Of a stretch of DNA of 64,000 nt, positions 19,986 through 30,941 are shown piece after piece. Below the pieces are notes generated by a model, which worked only from the letters and a program-made list of their open reading frames with translations, did not search any database and was not told the DNA's origin. The DNA is from Alphaproteobacteria bacterium (GTDB lineage: Bacteria; Pseudomonadota; Alphaproteobacteria; MPNO01; UBA830): assembly GCA_965243135.1 (NCBI GenBank), contig OZ251539.1:1152001-1216000 (forward strand), given 5' to 3'. Each line of letters starts with the position of its first letter. Position 1 is the first letter of the stretch. A program made the position numbers and the translations under genes.

Positions 19986-20645
19986 ATGAGGGATTCGCAG
20001 TCCCTGCGCCGGACGATGGTGGACACGCAGTTGCGCACCAACAAGGTGACGGATGCGCGCCTGCTCGCGGCGATGGCCGAGGTGCCGCGCGAACTCTTCG
20101 TCCCCGAGGCGTATCGCGAACTTGCGTATATCGACGAAGACATTCCGCTCGGCGGAGGGCGATATCTGCTCGAGCCGATGGTCTTCGCGCGGCTGGCGCA
20201 AGCGGCGGAAATCGGCGGCGACGACGTGATTCTTGATGTGGGATGCGCGACCGGATACTCGTCGATCGTGCTCGGACGGCTCGCGCGCGCCGTCGTCGGC
20301 GTCGAATCGATACCGGAATTCGTGCAGTCCGCGAACGAAAACCTGCGAAAGGCGGATCAGGACAACGTTGTCTTCGAAAGCGGGGCCCTCTCCGAAGGCT
20401 GGTCGGCCCAGGCGCCCTACGACGTCGTGTTCGTCAACGGCGCCGTAGAGCGGATTCCCGAGCGGCTGGCGGAACAACTCGCGGAAAAAGGCCGTTTGTG
20501 CGCCGTCGCGCGGCCGGAAGCGGGACCGGGCCGTGCGGAAATCGTCATCCGGTCGAACGCCCGGCTGTCTCGCCGGTCGCTGTTCGACGCCAACGTGCCT
20601 GCGCTCGCCGAGTTCGCGCTGAACAAGGGGTTCGTGTTTCAATGA
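19986..20645 (+). CDS. Protein-L-isoaspartate O-methyltransferase-like protein
   Basis: MVDTQLR, VPRELFVP, LDVGCATGYS, APYDV; position upstream of tolC. Confidence 0.9.
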   Translation: MRDSQSLRRTMVDTQLRTNKVTDARLLAAMAEVPRELFVPEAYRELAYIDEDIPLGGGRYLLEPMVFARLAQAAEIGGDDVILDVGCATGYSSIVLGRLARAVVGVESIPEFVQSANENLRKADQDNVVFESGALSEGWSAQAPYDVVFVNGAVERIPERLAEQLAEKGRLCAVARPEAGPGRAEIVIRSNARLSRRSLFDANVPALAEFALNKGFVFQ

Positions 20646-21988
20646 AAAAATTCGCGGGCGCCGTGGGCCTTGCCGCCGCGTTGGCAGGCTTCGAAGCGCA
20701 AGCCCAGACGCTCCAGGACGCGCTCGTCAACGCCTATCGGAACAACCCCGGACTTCTCGCGGCCAGGGCCAGGCTGAGATCCGTCGACGAAAGGCAGCCC
20801 GAGCTCCTGGCGGCGGCGTTTCCGGGGGTCGACTTTGTCGGTTCCTACGGCTGGAGGCGCTTTGACGACAATTCCGGAACCGGTTTCGCCTCGGGCTCGT
20901 CGACGACTTCGCCCGCCACGGCGTCGCTGACCGTGACGCAGCTGCTGTATGCCGGCGGCGTGACCAGGGCGGCGTTGATGCAGGCCCAGAGCAACGTCAA
21001 GGCGGAACGCGCCAATCTGTTCGCGACGGAGCAGAATACGCTCCTCGCCGCCGTCACCGCCTACGCGGACGTGGTCCGGGAGCAGGCGGTCCTGGAACTC
21101 AACGTCGGCAACGAACGGGTGCTGGAGCGGCAACTGGAGGCGACGCGCGACCGGTTCGCGGTCGGCGAGTTGACCCGCACCGACGTCGCGCAGGCGGAAT
21201 CCCGTCTTTCCCGGGCGCGCGCCGACAAGATTGCGGCCGAGGGCAGACTGACCGACTCGCGGGCCAATTACGCCAACGTCGTCGGCGGGCCGCTCGGCGT
21301 TCTTAGCCCTGCGGAGCCGCTGAAGGACCTGCCGGCGACTCTGGAAGAAGCGATCGAGAGCGGGAGGAAGGGCAGTTTCGAGGTCCGGCGGGCGCGGCAT
21401 TCGGAAGATGCGGCGCGCCGCGGAATCCGGATAAACGCCGGAGCGTCGTACCCGAGGGTTTCGGTGTCCAGCGAGCTGTCGACCGACAGGGAGCAGGGCA
21501 ATCGCCGAACGAGTCGCAGCAACGATTTCTCGGTCACCGCCAGACTGACCATGCCCCTTTACGATGGGGGCGCGGTTAGCGCGCGCATGCGCATGGCCGG
21601 GCAGGTGGCGTCGCAACGCCGCGAGGAGTACGCCCAGGCGGTCAGGAACGCGGTCGAGGCCGCGACCGAGGCTTGGCAGCTTTTGCAATCCACGCGCGCC
21701 CAGATCAGGGCGATCGCGGCGAGCGTCGCCGCCGCCGAGATCGCGCTCGAGGGCGTGCGGCAGGAAACCGACGTCGGGTCGCGCACGGTCCTCGACGTTC
21801 TCGATGCGGAACAGGAACTGCTCGACGCCAGGGTGAGCCTCGTTCGCGCGCAGCACGACGAACTGGTCGCAACCTACCGGCTGCGCCGGGCGGTGGGCAC
21901 GCTCACCGCCGAAGACCTCGGCCTTCCCGTGGAGCTGTACGATGCAGGCAGCCGTTACGACGGATCGAGCCTATGGTGGTTGCGATGA
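20642..21988 (+). CDS. tolC: TolC-family outer membrane channel
   Basis: Signal peptide, AYRNNP, RFAVGELTRTDVAQAESRL, VGSRTVLDVLDAEQEL. Confidence 0.9.
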   Translation: MKKFAGAVGLAAALAGFEAQAQTLQDALVNAYRNNPGLLAARARLRSVDERQPELLAAAFPGVDFVGSYGWRRFDDNSGTGFASGSSTTSPATASLTVTQLLYAGGVTRAALMQAQSNVKAERANLFATEQNTLLAAVTAYADVVREQAVLELNVGNERVLERQLEATRDRFAVGELTRTDVAQAESRLSRARADKIAAEGRLTDSRANYANVVGGPLGVLSPAEPLKDLPATLEEAIESGRKGSFEVRRARHSEDAARRGIRINAGASYPRVSVSSELSTDREQGNRRTSRSNDFSVTARLTMPLYDGGAVSARMRMAGQVASQRREEYAQAVRNAVEAATEAWQLLQSTRAQIRAIAASVAAAEIALEGVRQETDVGSRTVLDVLDAEQELLDARVSLVRAQHDELVATYRLRRAVGTLTAEDLGLPVELYDAGSRYDGSSLWWLR

Positions 21989-22078
21989 CCGGTCCCTGCG
22001 GCGCGGCAGGGTCCGGCCAACGGCATTCGACCGGGGCGTAACGCGGGCGCGGTCCCGCGAGCGAAAGGTCGCGTATCC

Positions 22079-22474
22079 ATGAACGGAGAAAAGGCCGGCC
22101 AGTCGATAGAAGGGGCCTTCGAGTCGATCCGGCGGATCATGGCCGAAGACGAGGCCGTCGCGCCGACTACGCCGCCGGAGGAGGGGGTTCTCGAACTGAC
22201 CGACCTCGCCCCGCCGGACGGGGACGCCGCGGACGACCGGGCGCGGCTTCTGTCCGAAGCCGCGAAAGCGGCTTCGACGTCGTCGTTCGGGACGCTCGTC
22301 TCCGAGGTCGCGTCCCGCCGCGACGCTGCTGACTCCTCGGCCGAGGACATGGTGAAGGAGATGATGCGGCCCATGATCCGGGAATGGCTCGACGCCAATC
22401 TTCCGGCTTTGGTCGAAGGGCTTGTGGAACGGGAAATCAGGCGCCTTGCGGAGACGGCCGAGGACCGCGCCTGA
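22079..22474 (+). CDS. popZ: PopZ/DUF2497 polar organising protein
   Basis: SIRRIMAED N-terminal helix, EMMRPMIREWLDANLPALVE C-terminus; tolC-popZ-valS synteny. Confidence 0.82.
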   Translation: MNGEKAGQSIEGAFESIRRIMAEDEAVAPTTPPEEGVLELTDLAPPDGDAADDRARLLSEAAKAASTSSFGTLVSEVASRRDAADSSAEDMVKEMMRPMIREWLDANLPALVEGLVEREIRRLAETAEDRA

Positions 22475-22787
22475 CGCGCGGCCCCGACGCGGACTGCAGG
22501 CAGTGCGCCCTCGTTCCGCCTCGAGGAGAGATCGCGGGGCGGCGACCGCCGCGGCTTCGAGAGAGGGGCGCGGCGTCGTCGGGACGATCCGCTTCGGACG
22601 CGTTGCCGCGCCCGCCAAAACCGTTTTCGCAAGAGGGTTGCGGCGTTCCCTTTGGCGAAGGCTCCGGAACGCGCGCTTCTTTCCGCCGGAACGTCGTTGC
22701 CCTTTCCGCCGCGAAAGGCGATAAACCGGCATTGCGCTCCGCCGCCGCGCCCGCCCCGAGGCGGCGCGCGGCGCCGAACTCCGGAAG

Positions 22788-25493
22788 TTGACGGACATGG
22801 ACAAGACCTACCGGCCCGAAGAGGTCGAAGGAAGAATTTACGACGCATGGGAGACGAGCGGCGCGTTCGCTTGCGGCCATACGCGAACCGGCGCAGGGAC
22901 CGGCGATTCCTACGCGATCGTCATTCCGCCGCCCAACGTCACCGGCAGCCTTCACATGGGGCATGCGCTCAACAACACGCTGCAGGACATCCTGGTGAGG
23001 TTCGAGCGCATGCGGGGCCGCGACGTGCTGTGGCAGCCCGGCACCGATCATGCCGGAATCGCCACGCAAATGGTGGTCGAACGGCAACTCGCCGAAAAGG
23101 GAATCGGACTCGCCAGGGACGGAAGCGAACGCGGCGAGGGACGGGCGCTGCTGGGCCGCGACGAGTTCGTCGACCGCGTCTGGGAATGGAAAGCGGAGAG
23201 CGGCGACGCGATCACCCGCCAGCTGCGGCGGCTCGGCGCGTCCGCCGACTGGAGCCGCGAACGCTTCACCATGGACGACGGCCTCTCGAAAGCGGTGATC
23301 CGCGTCTTCGTGGACTTGTACCGCGAGGGCCTGCTGTACAAGGACCGGCGCCTCGTGAACTGGGACCCGAAGTTTCACACCGCGATTTCCGACCTCGAAG
23401 TGGAGGCGCGGGAAATCGACGGAAACCTCTGGCACATCGACTATCCCGTCGAAGGCGAACCCGACGGCTTCATTACGGTGGCGACCACGCGCCCGGAAAC
23501 CATGTTCGGCGACACCGGCGTCGCCGTCCATCCCGAGAACCCGAAATGGCGCCGTTTCGTCGGGAAGTCGGCGGTCCTGCCGCTGGTCGGCCGCAGGATC
23601 CCCATCGTCGCGGACGAGTATTCGGATCCCGAGAAGGGCAGCGGCGCGGTCAAGATCACCCCGGCTCACGACTTCAACGACTTCGAAGTCGGGAAGCGCC
23701 ACGGACTCGAAACGATCAACATCATGACGCCGGACGCCCGCCTGAACGACAACGTTCCCGAAAAGTATCGCGGCGCGGACAGATTCGAGGCGCGGAAGCG
23801 GGTGGTCGCGGACCTGAAGGCCGCCGGACTGATGTCCCTCGAGGAAGATCACGCCCACACCGTTCCCCACGGAGACCGGTCGGGCGTGCCGATCGAGCCG
23901 TTCCTGACGGAGCAGTGGTACGTGAACGCGCAGGCGCTCGCGCAGCCGGCCATCGAGGCGGTCGAGCGGGGCGAGACCGCGTTCGTGCCGAAACAGTGGG
24001 AAAAGACGTACTTCCACTGGATGCGGAACATCGAGCCGTGGTGCGTCTCGCGGCAGCTGTGGTGGGGCCATCGCGTGCCGGCGTGGTACGGGCCCGACGG
24101 CGAAACCTTCGTCGAACCGACGGAGGACGAGGCGCGCGGCGCGGCGCGCGCGCATTACGGGCGGGACGTCGCGCTCGAACGCGACCCCGACGTGCTCGAC
24201 ACCTGGTTTTCCTCGGCGCTGTGGCCGTTCTCGACGCTCGGATGGCCGGAAAAGGCGCCGGAACTGGGCCACCACTACCCGACCGCGGTGCTCGTCACCG
24301 GATTCGACATCATCTTCTTCTGGGTCGCCCGCATGATGATGATGGGACTTCACTTCATGGACGGTGTGCCCTTCCGCGAGGTCTACATCCATGCCCTGGT
24401 CCGCGACGAGCACGGCCGGAAGATGTCGAAGAGCAAGGGCAACGTGCTCGATCCCCTCGAGCTTATCGACCGTTACGGCGCGGATTCCCTGCGCTTCACG
24501 CTGACGGCGCTGGCGGCTCAGGGGCGCGACGTGCGGCTGTCGACCGGCCGGCTCGAGGGATATCGCAATTTCGTGACCAAGATCTGGAACGCCGCCCGCT
24601 TCGCCCGGATGAACGGATGTTCGCCGGTCGCGGATTTCGACCCGTCGGCCTGCGCGATGACGGTCAACCGCTGGATCGTCGCCGAAACCGTCAAGGCCGG
24701 CGCCGACATCGTCTCGGCTCTCGAGGGGTATCGTTTCAACGATGCGGCGCACGCCGCGCACAGGTTCGTGTGGCACCGGTTCTGCGACTGGTATCTCGAA
24801 TTCACGAAACCGGTCCTGCAGGGGGAAGAGGGGAAGGAAAGGGAAGAAGTCAGGGCGGTGACGTCGTGGGTTCTCGACCAGGCGCTTCATTTCCTGCATC
24901 CGGTCATGCCGTTCGTCACGGAGGAACTGTGGGCGAAACTGGCGACCGAAGAGGGCCGCGACGGCCTGCTGATCCGGCGGCCCTGGCCGGTTCTGGACGA
25001 GTCCTTGCGCGCGCCGGACGCGGAGGACGAGATGGACTGGGCGATCCGGCTGGTCGGCGGAATCCGCAGCGCCCGTTCGGAAACGGGCGTCCCGCCGTCG
25101 GCGGAGTTGCCGATGACGCTGGTGAACGCCTCGGAATCGACGAAGGAAAGGCTGGAAACCCACATGGCCCAGATCCTTCGGCTGGCGAGGCTGTCCGGCG
25201 TCTCGCATGCGGACGCCGCCCCGGCGGGCGCGATCCAGCTTGTGGTGGACGAGGCGACGGCGGCGCTGCCCATCGGCGGCGCCGTCGACATCGGCGGGGA
25301 AATCCGCCGGCTCGACAAGGCGCTGAAGAAGGCCGACGCGGAAATCGGCAAGATCGAGGGGAAACTCGCCAACGAAGGCTTTCTCGCCAAGGCGCCGCCC
25401 GAGGTCGTCGAAAAGCAGCGCGAGCGCGCCGCCGAAATCCGGCGGTCGCGCGAGAAACTGGCCGAGGCGAAGGAACGCCTCGCCTCCCTTTGA
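22788..25493 (+). CDS. valS: Valine--tRNA ligase
   Basis: PPPNVTGSLHMGHA, KMSKSKGN, C-terminal coiled coil. Confidence 0.97.
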   Translation: MTDMDKTYRPEEVEGRIYDAWETSGAFACGHTRTGAGTGDSYAIVIPPPNVTGSLHMGHALNNTLQDILVRFERMRGRDVLWQPGTDHAGIATQMVVERQLAEKGIGLARDGSERGEGRALLGRDEFVDRVWEWKAESGDAITRQLRRLGASADWSRERFTMDDGLSKAVIRVFVDLYREGLLYKDRRLVNWDPKFHTAISDLEVEAREIDGNLWHIDYPVEGEPDGFITVATTRPETMFGDTGVAVHPENPKWRRFVGKSAVLPLVGRRIPIVADEYSDPEKGSGAVKITPAHDFNDFEVGKRHGLETINIMTPDARLNDNVPEKYRGADRFEARKRVVADLKAAGLMSLEEDHAHTVPHGDRSGVPIEPFLTEQWYVNAQALAQPAIEAVERGETAFVPKQWEKTYFHWMRNIEPWCVSRQLWWGHRVPAWYGPDGETFVEPTEDEARGAARAHYGRDVALERDPDVLDTWFSSALWPFSTLGWPEKAPELGHHYPTAVLVTGFDIIFFWVARMMMMGLHFMDGVPFREVYIHALVRDEHGRKMSKSKGNVLDPLELIDRYGADSLRFTLTALAAQGRDVRLSTGRLEGYRNFVTKIWNAARFARMNGCSPVADFDPSACAMTVNRWIVAETVKAGADIVSALEGYRFNDAAHAAHRFVWHRFCDWYLEFTKPVLQGEEGKEREEVRAVTSWVLDQALHFLHPVMPFVTEELWAKLATEEGRDGLLIRRPWPVLDESLRAPDAEDEMDWAIRLVGGIRSARSETGVPPSAELPMTLVNASESTKERLETHMAQILRLARLSGVSHADAAPAGAIQLVVDEATAALPIGGAVDIGGEIRRLDKALKKADAEIGKIEGKLANEGFLAKAPPEVVEKQRERAAEIRRSREKLAEAKERLASL

Positions 25494-25514
25494 CGCGGGC
25501 GGACGAAACGGGAC

Positions 25515-26408
25515 ATGGCTCCGGTCCGCATCGGCGCTTCCGAAAGGGGCGGAACTTTCTGGTTGCAGGGCGAGGCCCTTGCCGGGGTTCTCGAGCGCCG
25601 CCGCGGGATTCGCTGCCGCGTGGTCGAAGCCGCCCGGGCGAGCGTCGAAAACGCCCGGTCCCTGCATGAGGGCCGGATCGATTTCGGCTTCATGGCGTCC
25701 AACTGGATCGGACGGGCGAAGGACGGCGCGCCGCCGTTCGACGCGCCGATGGACGTTCGCATGGTGGCGCCGGCCAATACCGGCGCGATGTTCTTCATCG
25801 TCCGCGCCGACGGCGATTTGAGGAACGTCCGCGAACTGGCCGGCAAACGCGTGTCGATCGGACCCGAGAACAGCGGCATGGCGCAGCACGCCCATGCAGT
25901 CTTCGGGGCGCTGGGCATCCGGCAAGTCGCGCCGGTCCATCTTTCCTTCGCGGACGGGGGCGCGGCTCTCGAAGCGGGCGAGGTGGACGCCCAGTGGCAA
26001 TGCCCGTACCCGAATCCCGTAATGCGCGATCTCAGCCTCCGCCTCGACGTGCGCGTGCTCGACTACGGTCCGGGCGAAGTCGAACGGGTCATTCGGGAGG
26101 TAGGCTTCTACAGGCCCGCGGTCATGCCGGCCGGGGTCTTTCGGGGCGCGAGCCGCGAGACCGCGCAACTCGCGGTCGTCAACGTCGTCGCCGCCCACGC
26201 CCGCCAGGATCCGGAGACGGTCCGGGCGTTGGTCGCCGCCATGCTTGGCGGTCTCGACGAGCTCGCCGCGGCGAACGCCCTGTTCGCGGGACTTGACGAG
26301 TTGTTCGAACCGTTGCGCGCGGCGGGACCGCAGGCTCTGGAGTTCGGCGGGGTTCCGCTGCATCCCGGCGCGGCGGCCGCTTACCGGGAGGCCGGATACC
26401 TGGACTGA
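25515..26408 (+). CDS. TAXI-family TRAP solute-binding protein (no permease adjacent)
   Basis: GGTF, ASVEN, GKRVSIGPENSG, PLHPGAAAAYRE. Confidence 0.8.
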   Translation: MAPVRIGASERGGTFWLQGEALAGVLERRRGIRCRVVEAARASVENARSLHEGRIDFGFMASNWIGRAKDGAPPFDAPMDVRMVAPANTGAMFFIVRADGDLRNVRELAGKRVSIGPENSGMAQHAHAVFGALGIRQVAPVHLSFADGGAALEAGEVDAQWQCPYPNPVMRDLSLRLDVRVLDYGPGEVERVIREVGFYRPAVMPAGVFRGASRETAQLAVVNVVAAHARQDPETVRALVAAMLGGLDELAAANALFAGLDELFEPLRAAGPQALEFGGVPLHPGAAAAYREAGYLD

Positions 26409-26537
26409 CGGGGAGGGCTTGTTCGCGCCGTCCGCCGCGAGGCGCGGACGATGCCCGAAATCCTCGCGGGGACCGCGAGTCTATGCACGGCGAAGCCGAA
26501 GCGTTATGGTTCCGTCGAGCGCAAACCGGAGGCGAGG

Positions 26538-28286
26538 ATGTCAAACGGGGCCGGCAAGTCCAGGAAGAAACGGCGGTTCGACAAGAGCAAGCTGCCGAGC
26601 CGTCATACCACGGTCGGCCCGGAGAGGGCGCCGCACCGCAGCTATCTCTACGCGATGGGGCTGACGCAGAGGCAGATCGAGCAACCTCTCGTCGGCGTCG
26701 CGACCTGCTGGAACGAGGCGGCGCCGTGCAACATTTCTCTTTCCCGCCAGGCCCAGGCGGCCAAGCGCGGCGTGACCTCGGCCGGCGGCACGCCGCGCGA
26801 ATTCACGACGATCACCGTCACGGACGGGATCGCGATGGGCCACGAGGGCATGAAGTCGTCCCTCGTCTCGCGGGAGATCATCGCCGATTCGATCGAACTC
26901 ACGATGCGCGGCCATTGCTACGACGCGATGGTGGGGCTCGCCGGGTGCGACAAGTCGCTGCCCGGCATGATGATGGCCATGGTGCGGCTCGACGTTCCGT
27001 CGGTATTCGTCTACGGCGGCACCATACTGCCGGGCAAGTTCCAGGGCCGCCCCGTGACCGTCATCGACGTGTTCGAGGGAGTGGGCAAGTTCGCGGCCGG
27101 CGGCATGAGCGAAGCCGAGCTGCGCGAGCTCGAAAGCGTCGCGTGTCCTTGCGAGGGGTCTTGCGGCGGCCAGTATACGGCCAACACCATGGCTTGCGTT
27201 GCCGAGGCCATCGGCCTCGCGCTGCCGGGATCGTCGGGAGCCCCCGCGGCGTACAAGTCGCGAGACGGCATGGTCCGGGCGTCCGGGGTCGCGGTGATGG
27301 ATCTGCTCGAGAAGAACGTGCGACCGCGCGCGATCGTGACTCGGGAGGCGCTCGAGAACGCGGCCGTCGTCGTCGCCGCCACGGGCGGATCGACCAATGC
27401 CGGCTTGCACCTGCCCGCGATCGCGAACGAGGCCGGAATCAGGTTCACGCTCGACGACGTCGCGCGGATATTCAGGAAGACCCCGTATCTGGCGGACCTG
27501 ATGCCGGGCGGCAAGTACACGGCCGCGGACATGCACCGCGCGGGCGGCGTGCCCGTCGTCATCAAGGAACTGCTGGACAATGGCCTGCTGCACGGCGACT
27601 GCTTGACGGCGACCGGCAAGACGCTCGCGGAAAATCACGCGGGACGCGAATTCCCGGAGAAGCAGAAGGTGTTCTACCGGGTCAGGGACGCGCTGTCGCC
27701 GACCGGCGGCGTGGTCGGCCTCAAGGGCACGCTCGCGCCCGAGGGCGCGATCGTGAAGGTCGCCGGAATGACGAATCTGGTCTTTCGCGGACCGGCGCGC
27801 GTGTTCGATTGCGAGGAAGACGCGTTCGACGCGGTGGTCAACGGCCGGGTCAAGGAAGGCGAGGTGATCGTCGTCCGGTACGAAGGCCCCCGGGGCGGTC
27901 CCGGAATGCGGGAGATGCTTTCGACGACGGCGGCGATATACGGCCGCGGGCTGGGAGACAAAATAGCCCTGATCACCGATGGACGATTCTCCGGCGCCAC
28001 GCGCGGCTTCTGCATCGGCCACGTCGGCCCGGAAGCCGCCGTCGGCGGCCCGATCGGCCTGTTGCGGAACGGCGACGTCATCGCGATCGACGCCCGCAAG
28101 GGCAAGCTCGACGTCGAACTGTCCGAGGAAGAACTCGAACGCCGTCGCGCCAGATGGAAACCGCGCAAGCACGACAGCCGGTCGGGTGCGCTGTGGCGGT
28201 ACGCCCAGACGGTGGGAAGCGCTAGGGAAGGAGCGGTGGTTCATCCCGGCGCGAAGGCCGAGGTTCGCGCCTACGCCGACATCTGA
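26538..28286 (+). CDS. ilvD: Dihydroxy-acid dehydratase
   Basis: [44 protein letters not shown]. Confidence 0.96.
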   Translation: MSNGAGKSRKKRRFDKSKLPSRHTTVGPERAPHRSYLYAMGLTQRQIEQPLVGVATCWNEAAPCNISLSRQAQAAKRGVTSAGGTPREFTTITVTDGIAMGHEGMKSSLVSREIIADSIELTMRGHCYDAMVGLAGCDKSLPGMMMAMVRLDVPSVFVYGGTILPGKFQGRPVTVIDVFEGVGKFAAGGMSEAELRELESVACPCEGSCGGQYTANTMACVAEAIGLALPGSSGAPAAYKSRDGMVRASGVAVMDLLEKNVRPRAIVTREALENAAVVVAATGGSTNAGLHLPAIANEAGIRFTLDDVARIFRKTPYLADLMPGGKYTAADMHRAGGVPVVIKELLDNGLLHGDCLTATGKTLAENHAGREFPEKQKVFYRVRDALSPTGGVVGLKGTLAPEGAIVKVAGMTNLVFRGPARVFDCEEDAFDAVVNGRVKEGEVIVVRYEGPRGGPGMREMLSTTAAIYGRGLGDKIALITDGRFSGATRGFCIGHVGPEAAVGGPIGLLRNGDVIAIDARKGKLDVELSEEELERRRARWKPRKHDSRSGALWRYAQTVGSAREGAVVHPGAKAEVRAYADI

Positions 28287-28484
28287 TCACCGGCGGCGAA
28301 ACGCCGCGACCGCGCGCCGCAGGACCCAGGTCAACAGCCCGGCGAAGCCGAAGACCAGGACCGGACCGGCGAGGGAGGCGGCGTCCCGAATCTGTCCGTT
28401 GGCGAACTGCACGATGGCCCACGCCAGGCCGAAGCAGAGGCCGATCGCGACGTGACGCAGAATTTCCTTCGCGACCGGAGGCAC
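28287..28484 (-). CDS. Small two-helix membrane protein
   Basis: Two hydrophobic segments; fills the gap exactly, co-oriented after xth. Confidence 0.55.
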   Translation of the reverse strand: MPPVAKEILRHVAIGLCFGLAWAIVQFANGQIRDAASLAGPVLVFGFAGLLTWVLRRAVAAFRRR

Positions 28485-28487
28485 GAT

Positions 28488-29276
28488 TCACGCGTTGAGC
28501 GCGCACCAGACCGGCGCGTGATCCGACGCTTTCGGTCTGCCGCGGGGCTTCCGGTCGATGTCGCAGTCCTCCAGACGGTCGGCCGCCTGCGGCGACAGCA
28601 GCAAATGGTCGATTCGGACCCCGAAATCCTGCTGCCACGCGCCGCCCTGATAGTCCCAGAAGGTGTATTTGTGCGGTTCGTCGTGGACGACGCGGTAGGC
28701 GTCGGTCAGGCCCAGATGGACGATCCGCCGCCAGCGGTTCCGGGCTTCGGAGCGGCATAGCGCATCGTCGGCCCATTTTTCCGGGTCGTGGACGTCCCGG
28801 TCGTCGGGGACGACGTTGTAGTCGCCGCCGAAGACGATCGCCTCGTCGAGCGTCAGCCGCTCGCGCGCGTGCGCGTGGAGGCGCTCCATCCAGCGGAGTT
28901 TGTAGTCGAATTTTTCGCCGGGAGCGGGGTTCCCGTTGGGCGCGTAGACGGAAGCGACGCGCACGCCGCCGGTGAACGCCTCGATGTAGCGCGCCTGCGC
29001 GTCGCCGTCGTCGCCGGGCAGGCCGCGCGCGGTATCCTCGATCGGCGTCTTCGACAGGACGGCGACGCCGTTGAAATTCTTTTGCCCGTGGATTTCGACG
29101 TTGTAGCCCCGGTCTTCGATCTCGAGGGCGGGGAAGGTCTGGTCCGTCGCCTTGATCTCCTGAAGGAGAGCGATGTCCGGCGCGAATTCGTCCAGCCATT
29201 CCAGGACGCGCGGCAGGCGGGCGCGTATGGAGTTGACGTTCCAGGTTGCGATTTTCAGCAAGAACGGCTCCCGCAA
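28488..29276 (-). CDS. xth: Exodeoxyribonuclease III
   Basis: IATWNVNS, LQEIK, GDYN, RIDHLL, SDHAPV. Confidence 0.95.
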   Translation of the reverse strand: MREPFLLKIATWNVNSIRARLPRVLEWLDEFAPDIALLQEIKATDQTFPALEIEDRGYNVEIHGQKNFNGVAVLSKTPIEDTARGLPGDDGDAQARYIEAFTGGVRVASVYAPNGNPAPGEKFDYKLRWMERLHAHARERLTLDEAIVFGGDYNVVPDDRDVHDPEKWADDALCRSEARNRWRRIVHLGLTDAYRVVHDEPHKYTFWDYQGGAWQQDFGVRIDHLLLSPQAADRLEDCDIDRKPRGRPKASDHAPVWCALNA

Positions 29277-29294
29277 TTCCCGAGGAAAGGGCTT

Positions 29295-29636
29295 TCAGAA
29301 AATCGCGAAGGAGGTTCCGCAGCCGCAGGTGGACACCGCGTTCGGGTTCTCGATCGAAAAATACGAGCCGATCAGTTCGTCCCTGTATCCGATTTCGGAG
29401 CCGGCGAGATATGCCCACGACGTGTCGTCGATGACCACCCGGGCGCCTTCGCGTTCGATCAGGTGATCGTCGTCTTCGACCCGGTCGTCGAAGGTGAAGC
29501 TGTACTGGAAGCCGGAGCATCCGCCGCCGCCGACGGCGACGCGCAGCGTCCGGTTCCCCTGTTCGGCGGCGAGCTGCCGGAGTCGCTTCACGGCCGAGTC
29601 GCTCAGCGTCACCGTGGCGTTTTGTCCGTCGGGCAT
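29295..29636 (-). CDS. erpA: Fe-S cluster insertion protein ErpA/IscA
   Basis: GGGCSGFQY, NPNA..TCGCGTSF; GGAGG before ATG 29636. Confidence 0.9.
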   Translation of the reverse strand: MPDGQNATVTLSDSAVKRLRQLAAEQGNRTLRVAVGGGGCSGFQYSFTFDDRVEDDDHLIEREGARVVIDDTSWAYLAGSEIGYRDELIGSYFSIENPNAVSTCGCGTSFAIF

Positions 29637-29739
29637 TCGATCCTCCCAAGGAAGCATTTAGGGGCGTCGGCGCGGACAGTCAATAGGCGCGGGGAGGCGC
29701 CGGCCCTTCGCGCGTTCCCGCCGCGCGTTCGCAAGCCGA

Positions 29740-29768
29740 TTGCCGCCCGCCGGAACGGCGGTTAGTTT
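29740..29768 (+). promoter_or_regulatory. Putative sigma70 promoter, leaderless dgt mRNA
   Basis: TTGCCG-N17-TAGTTT-N6-ATG, no Shine-Dalgarno. Confidence 0.45.
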
Positions 29769-29774
29769 CCCGGC

Positions 29775-30941
29775 ATGAATGGAACGTTGCCATGCCGCGC
29801 GCCTTACGCCTGCGATCCGGCGCGAAGCCGCGGCCGCGCCCACGAAGAACCGGAAAGCCCCATGCGGACCGTCTATCAGAGGGACCGCGACCGCATCATT
29901 CATTCCGTAGCCTTCCGGCGGCTGGAGTACAAGACGCAGGTTTTCGTCAACCACGAAGGCGACCATTACCGGACACGCCTGACCCACAGCCTCGAAGTCG
30001 CGCAGATCGCCCGCTCCCTGTCGCGGTCCCTGTCGGTCGACGAGGATCTCGTGGAGGCGCTGGCGCTCGCCCACGACCTGGGGCACACGCCGTTCGGACA
30101 CGCCGGCGGAGATGCGCTCGACGAGGCCATGAGGCCCTACGGCGGCTTCGACCACAATGGCCAGACCCTGCGCGTCATCACGCTGCTGGAGGCGCGTTAC
30201 GCGGCCTTCGACGGGCTGAACCTGACTTGGGAGACGCTCGACGGACTGGTCAAGCATAACGGGCCGCTGCGCGAACCGCTGCCTTGGGCGGTCGCGGAGT
30301 GCGCCGCCGGAAGCGATCTCGAACTGAACGCCTGGTCCGGCGTCGAAGCCCAGGTCGCGGCGCTGGCCGACGATATCGCCTACCATTCTCACGACATCGA
30401 CGACGGATTGCGGGCGGGCCTCTTCTCCGTGCGCGATCTAGAGGAAGTGCCGGTCGTCGGACCCATCGTCGCCGAGGTGAGGAGGCAGCATCCCGATCTC
30501 GAAGATTCCAGGATGTTCCACGAGATCGGGAGGCGCCTCATCGATCGTCTTGTCTCCGACCTGCTCGCGACCACCCGCGAGCGCCTCCTGGAGGCGCGGC
30601 CCGCGACCGTCGAAGAAGTGCGCGCCTGGGGCGGGCCTCTGGTCGGATTTTCGAAGCGGCTGGAAGCGGAGAACCGGGTTCTCAAGGATTTCCTTCGGCA
30701 ACGCATGTATCGTCATCATCGCGTCAACCGCATGACCGCCAAGGCGAAGCGGGTCGTCGCCGACCTGTTCGACATCTTCATGAGCGAGCCGAAGTGCCTG
30801 CCGGTCGAATGGCGAACTCCGGACGGCGCGGGGGACATCGACCGCGCGCGCCGCGTGTCGGACTACATCGCCGGCATGACGGATCGCTTCGCGCTCGCCG
30901 AGCATTATCGCCTCTTCGATCTTTACGAGGGGAATAAATGA
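29775..30941 (+). CDS. dgt: dGTP triphosphohydrolase
   Basis: [38 protein letters not shown]. Confidence 0.95.
   Translation: MNGTLPCRAPYACDPARSRGRAHEEPESPMRTVYQRDRDRIIHSVAFRRLEYKTQVFVNHEGDHYRTRLTHSLEVAQIARSLSRSLSVDEDLVEALALAHDLGHTPFGHAGGDALDEAMRPYGGFDHNGQTLRVITLLEARYAAFDGLNLTWETLDGLVKHNGPLREPLPWAVAECAAGSDLELNAWSGVEAQVAALADDIAYHSHDIDDGLRAGLFSVRDLEEVPVVGPIVAEVRRQHPDLEDSRMFHEIGRRLIDRLVSDLLATTRERLLEARPATVEEVRAWGGPLVGFSKRLEAENRVLKDFLRQRMYRHHRVNRMTAKAKRVVADLFDIFMSEPKCLPVEWRTPDGAGDIDRARRVSDYIAGMTDRFALAEHYRLFDLYEGNK

Noticed and set aside
22437-26363. 1308-aa antisense ORF and many similar long shadow ORFs
   Set aside because: Antisense or off-frame shadows of real genes, expected at high GC; no recognisable motifs
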